From Eledone cirrhosa (Eukaryota), in assembly GCA_964016885.1 (NCBI GenBank), contig OZ024743.1, positions 233,492,001-233,556,000 on the forward strand: 64,000 nt of DNA, written 5' to 3'. A program made the position numbers and the translations under genes. Under the pieces are notes generated by a model. That model was not told where the DNA came from and ran no database searches. It saw only the letters and a list, made by a program, of their open reading frames with translations. This document shows positions 54,401 through 64,000 of this stretch, piece after piece (the first letter of the stretch is position 1; every line of letters begins with the position of its first letter).

Positions 54401-57400
54401 CCGTAAAATCAATAGTTGTGGCTGTGGAACCAAACCGTGTTAAACGTCAACAAAGTCCGCCGGCGAATGGTGTGCTTCGAAGAAAACGAATCCAAAAATG
54501 ACGATTTGCCGGCGGAGTTACCTTTTCAATCGCGGGCCGGCCGCCCGTGGTCGGATCGATCTGTAATTACTGGTACATGTGCAGACACTCATTGGCTATG
54601 GGTGGCGTGAATTTCAGCAAGATATCTCCGTAAAATCAATAGTTGTGGCTGTGGAACCAAACCGTGTTAAACGTCAGCAAAGTCCGCCGGCGAATGGTGT
54701 GCTTCGAAGAAAACGAATCCAAAAATGACGATTTGCCGGCGGAGTTACCTTTTCAATCGCGGGCCGGCCGCCCGTGGTCGGATCGATCTGTAATTACTGG
54801 TACCTGTGCAGACACTCATTGGCTATGGGTGGCGTGAATTTCAGCAAGATATCTCCGTAAAATCAATAGTTGTGGCTGTGGAACCAAACCGTGTTAAACG
54901 TCAACAAAGTCCGCCGGCGAATGGTGTGCTTCGAAGAAAACGAATCCAAAAATGACGATTTGCCGGCGGAGTTACCTTTTCAATCGCGGGCCGGCCGCCC
55001 GTGGTCGGATCGATCTGTAATTACTGGTACATGTGCAGACACTCATTGGCTATGTGTGGCGTGAATTTCAGCAAGATATCTCCGTAAAATCAATAGTTGT
55101 GGCTGTGGAACCAAACCGTGTTAAACGTCAGCAAAGTCCGCCGGCAAATGGTGTGCTTCGAAGAAAACGAATCCAAAAATGACGATTTGCCGGCGGAGTT
55201 ACCTTTTCAATCGCGGGCCGGCCGCCCGTGGTCGGATCGATCTGTAATTACTGGTACATGTGCAGACACTCATTGGCTATGTGTGGCTTGAATTTCAGCA
55301 AGATATCTCCGTAAAATCAATAGTTGTGGCTGTGGAACCAAACCGTGTTAAACGTCAGCAAAGTCCGCCGGCGAATGGTGTGCTTCGAAGAAAACGAATC
55401 CAAAAATGACGATTTGCCGGCGGAGTTACCTTTTCAATCGCGGGCCGGCCGCCCGTGGTCGGATCGATCTGTAATTACTGGTACATGTGCAGACACTCAT
55501 TGGCTATGGGTGGCGTGAATTTCAGCAAGATATCTCCGTAAAATCAATAGTTGTGGCTGTGGAACCAAACCGTGTTAAACGTCAACAAAGTCCGCCGGCG
55601 AATGGTGTGCTTCGAAGAAAACGAATCCAAAAATGACGATTTGCCGGCGGAGTTACCTTTTAAATCGCGGGCCGGCCGCCCGTGGTCGGATCGATCTGTA
55701 ATTACTGGTACATGTGCAGACACTCATTGGCTATGGGTGGCGTGAATTTCAGCAAGATATCTCCGTAAAATCAATAGTTGTGGCTGTGGAACCAAACCGT
55801 GTTAAACGTCAACAAAGTCCGCCGGCGAATGGTGTGCTTCGAAGAAAACGAATCCAAAAATGACGATTTGCCGGCGGAGTTACCTTTTCAATCGCGGGCC
55901 GGCCGCCCGTGGTCGGATCGATCTGTAATTACTGGTACATGTGCAGACACTCATTGGCTATGTGTGGCGTGAATTTCAGCAAGATATCTCCGTAAAATCA
56001 ATAGTTGTGGCTGTGGAACCAAACCGTGTTAAACGTCAACAAAGTCCGCCGGCGAATGGTGTGCTTCGAAGAAAACGAATCCAAAAATGACGATTTGCCG
56101 GCGGAGTTACCTTTTAAATCGCGGGCCGGCCGCCCGTGGTCGGATCGATCTGTAATTACTGGTACATGTGCAGACACTCATTGGCTATGGGTGGCGTGAA
56201 TTTCAGCAAGATATCTCCGTAAAATCAATAGTTGTGGCTGTGGAACCAAACCGTGTTAAACGTCAACAAAGTCCGCCGGCGAATGGTGTGCTTCGAAGAA
56301 AACGAATCCAAAAATGACGATTTGCCGGCGGAGTTACCTTTTCAATCGCGGGCCGGCCGCCCGTGGTCGGATCGATCTGTAATTACTGGTACATGTGCAG
56401 ACACTCATTGGCTATGTGTGGCGTGAATTTCAGCAAGATATCTCCGTAAAATCAATAGTTGTGGCTGTGGAACCAAACCGTGTTAAACGTCCGCAAAGTC
56501 CGCCGGCGAATGGTGTGCTTCGAAGAAAACGAATCCAAAAATGACGATTTGCCGGCGGAGTTACCTTTTCAATCGCGGGCCGGCCGCCCGTGGTCGGATC
56601 GATCTGTAATTACTGGTACCTGTGCAGACACTCATTGGCTATGGGTGGCGTGAATTTCAGCAAGATATCTCCGTAAAATCAATAGTTGTGGCTGTGGAAC
56701 CAAACCGTGTTAAACGTCAACAAAGTCCGCCGGCGAATGGTGTGCTTCGAAGAAAACGAATCCAAAAATGACGATTTGCCGGCGGAGTTACCTTTTCAAT
56801 CGCGGGCCGGCCGCCCGTGGTCGGATCGATCTGTAATTACTGGTACATGTGCAGACACTCATTGGCTATGTGTGGCGTGAATTTCAGCAAGATATCTCCG
56901 TAAAATCAATAGTTGTGGCTGTGGAACCAAACCGTGTTAAACGTCAGCAAAGTCCGCCGGCGAATGGTGTGCTTCGAAGAAAACGAATCCAAAAATGACG
57001 ATTTGCCGGCGGAGTTACCTTTTCAATCGCGGGCCGGCCGCCCGTGGTCGGATCGATCTGTAATTACTGGTACCTGTGCAGACACTCATTGGCTATGGGT
57101 GGCGTGAATTTCAGCAAGATATCTCCGTAAAATCAATAGTTGTGGCTGTGGAACCAAACCGTGTTAAACGTCAACAAAGTCCGCCGGCGAATGGTGTGCT
57201 TCGAAGAAAACGAATCCAAAAATGACGATTTGCCGGCGGAGTTACCTTTTCAATCGCGGGCCGGCCGCCCGTGGTCGGATCGATCTGTAATTACTGGTAC
57301 ATGTGCAGACACTCATTGGCTATGGGTTGCGTGAATTTCAGCAAGATATCTCCGTAAAATCAATAGTTGTGGCTGTGGAACCAAACCGTGTTAAACGTCA

Positions 57401-60400
57401 ACAAAGTCCGCCGGCGAATGGTGTGCTTCGAAGAAAACGAATCCAAAAATGACGATTTGCCGGCGGAGTTACCTTTTCAATCGCGGGCCGGCCGCCCGTG
57501 GTCGGATCGATCTGTAATTACTGGTACATGTGCAGACACTCATTGGCTATGTGTGGCGTGAATTTCAGCAAGATATCTCCGTAAAATCAATAGTTGTGGC
57601 TGTGGAACCAAACCGTGTTAAACGTCAACAAAGTCCGCCGGCGAATGGTGTGCTTCGAAGAAAACGAATCCAAAAATGACGATTTGCCGGCGGAGTTACC
57701 TTTTCAATCGCGGGCCGGCCGCCCGTGGTCGGATCGATCTGTAATTACTGGTACATGTGCAGACACTCATTGGCTATGGGTGGCGTGAATTTCAGCAAGA
57801 TATCTCCGTAAAATCAATAGTTGTGGCTGTGGAACCAAACCGTGTTAAACGTCAACAAAGTCCGCCGGCGAATGGTGTGCTTCGAAGAAAACGAATCCAA
57901 AAATGACGATTTGCCGGCGGAGTTACCTTTTCAATCGCGGGCCGGCCGCCCGTGGTCGGATCGATCTGTAATTACTGGTACATGTGCAGACACTCATTGG
58001 CTATGTGTGGCGTGAATTTCAGCAAGATATCTCCGTAAAATCAATAGTTGTGGCTGTGGAACCAAACCGTGTTAAACGTCAGCAAAGTCCGCCGGCGAAT
58101 GGTGTGCTTCGAAGAAAACGAATCCAAAAATGACGATTTGCCGGCGGAGTTACCTTTTCAATCGCGGGCCGGCCGCCCGTGGTCGGATCGATCTGTAATT
58201 ACTGGTACATGTGCAGACACTCATTGGCTATGGGTGGCGTGAATTTCAGCAAGATATCTCCGTAAAATCAATAGTTGTGGCTGTGGAACCAAACCGTGTT
58301 AAACGTCAACAAAGTCCGCCGGCGAATGGTGTGCTTCGAAGAAAACGAATCCAAAAATGACGATTTGCCGGCGGAGTTACCTTTTCAATCGCGGGCCGGC
58401 CGCCCGTGGTCGGATCGATCTGTAATTACTGGTACATGTGCAGACACTCATTGGCTATGTGTGGCGTGAATTTCAGCAAGATATCTCCGTAAAATCAATA
58501 GTTGTGGCTGTGGAACCAAACCGTGTTAAACGTCAACAAAGTCCGCCGGCGAATGGTGTGCTTCGAAGAAAACGAATCCAAAAATGACGATTTGCCGGCG
58601 GAGTTACCTTTTAAATCGCGGGCCGGCCGCCCGTGGTCGGATCGATCTGTAATTACTGGTACATGTGCAGACACTCATTGGCTATGGGTGGCGTGAATTT
58701 CAGCAAGATATCTCCGTAAAATCAATAGTTGTGGCTGTGGAACCAAACCGTGTTAAACGTCAACAAAGTCCGCCGGCGAATGGTGTGCTTCGAAGAAAAC
58801 GAATCCAAAAATGACGATTTGCCGGCGGAGTTACCTTTTCAATCGCGGGCCGGCCGCCCGTGGTCGGATCGATCTGTAATTACTGGTACATGTGCAGACA
58901 CTCATTGGCTATGTGTGGCGTGAATTTCAGCAAGATATCTCCGTAAAATCAATAGTTGTGGCTGTGGAACCAAACCGTGTTAAACGTCCGCAAAGTCCGC
59001 CGGCGAATGGTGTGCTTCGAAGAAAACGAATCCAAAAATGACGATTTGCCGGCGGAGTTACCTTTTCAATCGCGGGCCGGCCGCCCGTGGTCGGATCGAT
59101 CTGTAATTACTGGTACCTGTGCAGACACTCATTGGCTATGGGTGGCGTGAATTTCAGCAAGATATCTCCGTAAAATCAATAGTTGTGGCTGTGGAACCAA
59201 ACCGTGTTAAACGTCAACAAAGTCCGCCGGCGAATGGTGTGCTTCGAAGAAAACGAATCCAAAAATGACGATTTGCCGGCGGAGTTACCTTTTCAATCGC
59301 GGGCCGGCCGCCCGTGGTCGGATCGATCTGTAATTACTGGTACATGTGCAGACACTCATTGGCTATGGGTTGCGTGAATTTCAGCAAGATATCTCCGTAA
59401 AATCAATAGTTGTGGCTGTGGAACCAAACCGTGTTAAACGTCAACAAAGTCCGCCGGCGAATGGTGTGCTTCGAAGAAAACGAATCCAAAAATGACGATT
59501 TGCCGGCGGAGTTACCTTTTCAATCGCGGGCCGGCCGCCCGTGGTCGGATCGATCTGTAATTACTGGTACATGTGCAGACACTCATTGGCTATGTGTGGC
59601 GTGAATTTCAGCAAGATATCTCCGTAAAATCAATAGTTGTGGCTGTGGAACCAAACCGTGTTAAACGTCAACAAAGTCCGCCGGCGAATGGTGTGCTTCG
59701 AAGAAAACGAATCCAAAAATGACGATTTGCCGGCGGAGTTACCTTTTCAATCGCGGGCCGGCCGCCCGTGGTCGGATCGATCTGTAATTACTGGTACATG
59801 TGCAGACACTCATTGGCTATGTGTGGCGTGAATTTCAGCAAGATATCTCCGTAAAATCAATAGTTGTGGCTGTGGAACCAAACCGTGTTAAACGTCAACA
59901 AAGTCCGCCGGCGAATGGTGTGCTTCGAAGAAAACGAATCCAAAAATGACGATTTGCCGGCGGAGTTACCTTTTCAATCGCGGGCCGGCCGCCCGTGGTC
60001 GGATCGATCTGTAATTACTGGTACATGTGCAGACACTCATTGGCTATGTGTGGCGTGAATTTCAGCAAGATATCTCCGTAAAATCAATAGTTGTGGCTGT
60101 GGAACCAAACCGTGTTAAACGTCAGCAAAGTCCGCCGGCAAATGGTGTGCTTCGAAGAAAACGAATCCAAAAATGACGATTTGCAGGCGGAGTTACCTTT
60201 TCAATCGCGGGCCGGCCGCCCGTGGTCGGATCGATCTGTAATTACTGGTACATGTGCAGACACTCATTGGCTATGTGTGGCTTGAATTTCAGCAAGATAT
60301 CTCCGTAAAATCAATAGTTGTGGCTGTGGAACCAAACCGTGTTAAACGTCAGCAAAGTCCGCCGGCGAATGGTGTGCTTCGAAGAAAACGAATCCAAAAA

Positions 60401-63400
60401 TGACGATTTGCCGGCGGAGTTACCTTTTCAATCGCGGGCCGGCCGCCCGTGGTCGGATCGATCTGTAATTACTGGTACATGTGCAGACACTCATTGGCTA
60501 TGGGTGGCGTGAATTTCAGCAAGATATCTCCGTAAAATCAATAGTTGTGGCTGTGGAACCAAACCGTGTTAAACGTCAACAAAGTCCGCCGGCGAATGGT
60601 GTGCTTCGAAGAAAACGAATCCAAAAATGACGATTTGCCGGCGGAGTTACCTTTTCAATCGCGGGCCGGCCGCCCGTGGTCGGATCGATCTGTAATTACT
60701 GGTACATGTGCAGACACTCATTGGCTATGTGTGGCGTGAATTTCAGCAAGATATCTCCGTAAAATCAATAGTTGTGGCTGTGGAACCAAACCGTGTTAAA
60801 CGTCAACAAAGTCCGCCGGCGAATGGTGTGCTTCGAAGAAAACGAATCCAAAAATGACGATTTGCCGGCGGAGTTACCTTTTAAATCGCGGGCCGGCCGC
60901 CCGTGGTCGGATCGATCTGTAATTACTGGTACATGTGCAGACACTCATTGGCTATGGGTGGCGTGAATTTCAGCAAGATATCTCCGTAAAATCAATAGTT
61001 GTGGCTGTGGAACCAAACCGTGTTAAACGTCAACAAAGTCCGCCGGCGAATGGTGTGCTTCGAAGAAAACGAATCCAAAAATGACGATTTGCCGGCGGAG
61101 TTACCTTTTCAATCGCGGGCCGGCCGCCCGTGGTCGGATCGATCTGTAATTACTGGTACATGTGCAGACACTCATTGACTATGTGTGGCGTGAATTTCAG
61201 CAAGATATCTCCGTAAAATTAATAGTTGTGGCTGTGGAACCAAACCGTGTTAAACGTCAGCAAAGTCCGCCGGCGAATGGTGTGCTTCGAAGAAAACGAA
61301 TCCAAAAATGACGATTTGCCGGCGGAGTTACCTTTTCAATCGCGGGCCGGCCGCCCGTGGTCGGATCGATCTGTAATTACTGGTACATGTGCAGACACTC
61401 ATTGGCTATGTGTGGCGTGAATTTCAGCAAGATATCTCCATAAAATCAATAGTTGTGGCTGTGGAACCAAACCGTGTTAAACGTCAACAAAGTCCGCCGG
61501 CGAATGGTGTGCTTCGAAGAAAACGAATCCAAAAATGACGATTTGCCGGCGGAGTTACCTTTTCAATCGCGGGCCGGCCGCCCGTGGTCGGATCGATCTG
61601 TAATTACTGGTACATGTGCAGACACTCATTGGCTATGTGTGGCGTGAATTTCAGCAAGATATCTCCGTAAAATCAATAGTTGTGGCTGTGGAACCAAACC
61701 GTGTTAAACGTCAGCAAAGTCCGCCGGCGAATGGTGTGCTTCGAAGAAAACGAATCCAAAAATGACGATTTGCCGGCGGAGTTACCTTTTCAATCGCGGG
61801 CCGGCCGCCCGTGGTCGGATCGATCTGTAATTACTGGTACATGTGCAGACACTCATTGGCTATGTGTGGCGTGAATTTCAGCAAGATATCTCCTTAAAAT
61901 CAATAGTTGTGGCTGTGGAACCAAACCGTGTTAAACGTCAGCAAAGTCCGCCGGCGAATGGTGTGCTTCGAAGAAAACGAATCCAAAAATGACGATTTGC
62001 CGGCGGAGTTACCTTTTCAATCGCGGGCCGGCCGCCCGTGGTCGGATCGATCTGTAATTACTGGTACATGTGCAGACACTCATTGGCTATGTGTGGCGTG
62101 AATTTCAGCAAGATATCTCCGTAAAATCAATAGTTGTGGCTGTGGAACCAAACCGTGTTAAACGTCAGCAAAGTCCGCCGGCGAATGGTGTGCTTCGAAG
62201 AAAACGAATCCAAAAATGACGATTTGCCGGCGGAGTTACTTTTTCAATCGCGGCCCGGCCGCCCGTGGTCGGATCGATCTGTAATTACTGGTACATGTGC
62301 AGACACTCATTGGCTATGTGTGGCGTGAATTTCAGCAAGATATCTCCGTAAAATCAATAGTTGTGGCTGTGGAACCAAACCGTGTTAAACGTCAGCAAAG
62401 TCCGCCGGCGAATGGTGTGCTTCGAAGAAAACGAATCCAAAAATGACGATTTGCCGGCGGAGTTACCTTTTCAATCGCGGGCCGGCCGCCCGTGGTCGGA
62501 TCGATCTGTAATTACTGGTAGATGTGCAGACACTCATTGGCTATGGGTTGCGTGAATTTCAGCAAGATATCTCCGTAAAATCAATAGTTGTGGCTGTGGA
62601 ACCAAACCGTGTTAAACGTCAACAAAGTCCGCCGGCGAATGGTGTGCTTCGAAGAAAACGAATCCAAAAATGACGATTTGCCGGCGGAGTTACCTTTTCA
62701 ATCGCGGGCCGGCCGCCCGTGGTCGGATCGATCTGTAATTACTGGTACATGTGCAGACACTCATTGGCTATGGGTTGCGTGAATTTCAGCAAGATATCTC
62801 CGTAAAATCAATAGTTGTGGCTGTGGAACCAAACCGTGTTAAACGTCAACAAAGTCCGCCGGCGAATGGTGTGCTTCGAAGAAAACGAATCCAAAAATGA
62901 CGATTTGCCGGCGGAGTTACCTTTTCAATCGCGGGCCGGCCGCCCGTGGTCGGATCGATCTGTAATTACTGGTACATGTGCAGACACTCATTGGCTATGT
63001 GTGGCGTGAATTTCAGCAAGATATCTCCGTAAAATCAATAGTTGTGGCTGTGGAACCAAACCGTGTTAAACGTCAACAAAGTCCGCCGGCGAATGGTGTG
63101 CTTCGAAGAAAACGAATCCAAAAATGACGATTTGCCGGCGGAGTTACCTTTTCAATCGCGGGCCGGCCGCCCGTGGTCGGATCGATCTGTAATTACTGGT
63201 ACATGTGCAGACACTCATTGGCTATGGGTGGCGTGAATTTCAGCAAGATATCTCCGTAAAATCAATAGTTGTGGCTGTGGAACCAAACCGTGTTAAACGT
63301 CAACAAAGTCCGCCGGCGAATGGTGTGCTTCGAAGAAAACGAATCCAAAAATGACGATTTGCCGGCGGAGTTACCTTTTCAATCGCGGGCCGGCCGCCCG

Positions 63401-64000
63401 TGGTCGGATCGATCTGTAATTACTGGTACATGTGCAGACACTCATTGGCTATGTGTGGCGTGAATTTCAGCAAGATATCTCCGTAAAATCAATAGTTGTG
63501 GCTGTGGAACCAAACCGTGTTAAACGTCAGCAAAGTCCGCCGGCGAATGGTGTGCTTCGAAGAAAACGAATCCAAAAATGACGATTTGCCGGCGGAGTTA
63601 CCTTTTCAATCGCGGGCCGGCCGCCCGTGGTCGGATCGATCTGTAATTACTGGTACATGTGCAGACACTCATTGGCTATGTGTGGCTTGAATTTCAGCAA
63701 GATATCTCCGTAAAATCAATAGTTGTGGCTGTGGAACCAAACCGTGTTAAACGTCAACAAAGTCCGCCGGCGAATGGTGTGCTTCGAAGAAAACGAATCC
63801 AAAAATGACGATTTGCCGGCGGAGTTACCTTTTCAATCGCGGGCCGGCCGCCCGTGGTCGGATCGATCTGTAATTACTGGTACATGTGCAGACACTCATT
63901 GGCTATGGGTGGCGTGAATTTCAGCAAGATATCTCCGTAAAATCAATAGTTGTGGCTGTGGAACCAAACCGTGTTAAACGTCAGCAAAGTCCGCCGGCGA
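39456..64000. repeat. 227-bp tandem satellite array, ~108 units, continuing past the window end
   Basis: The period is exactly 227 bp throughout (ORF-track starts are 227 or 454 apart). Only a few recurrent substitutions are seen. By hand count a unit is ~49% GC with ~19 CpG. Confidence 0.99.

Noticed and set aside
39661-63917. ~105 copies of a 64-aa ORF suggesting a tandem gene array
   Set aside because: It starts at TTG, has no recognisable domain, most variants are non-synonymous and two units carry a stop. It is a by-product of the satellite.
39456-64000. CRISPR-like array
   Set aside because: There are no unique spacers and no cas genes; whole units are near-identical.

Overview
AT-rich, repeat-dense animal genomic DNA. 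The tRNA-derived SINEs resemble those I recognise from octopus, so a coleoid cephalopod is inferred, not proven. The first ~39.4 kb is a mosaic of decayed mobile elements and long (TA)n/(CA)n microsatellites. The elements include Penelope-like elements (PLEs) of Naiad and Neptune type, RTE-like LINE pieces, a CRE-like 3' end, hAT/pogo/Helitron elements, an LTR element and SINEs. Hidden in this mosaic, and missed by the ORF track, are phase-compatible exons of two tandem paralogous genes for small Cys-patterned proteins: gene A (4 exons found; probably secreted and GPI-anchored) and gene B (2 exons found). Six type I hammerhead ribozyme folds from four sequence families are readable by eye. One family has a U3-A8 core in place of C3-G8, several have 60-100 nt stem II inserts, and all six lie just upstream of (TA)n tracts. 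A 425-bp TGT...ACA element with 49-bp TIRs and a 4-bp TSD is built entirely from the U3 end of a neighbouring LTR. From 39456 to the window end there is a CpG-rich 227-bp satellite (~108 units, no indels seen) with 2-, 4-, 14- and 41/49-unit higher-order patterns. It starts abruptly inside a LINE RT fragment, 1.3 kb downstream of the last recognisable exon of gene B. Coordinates of decayed elements are approximate and all calls were made by eye without database searches.
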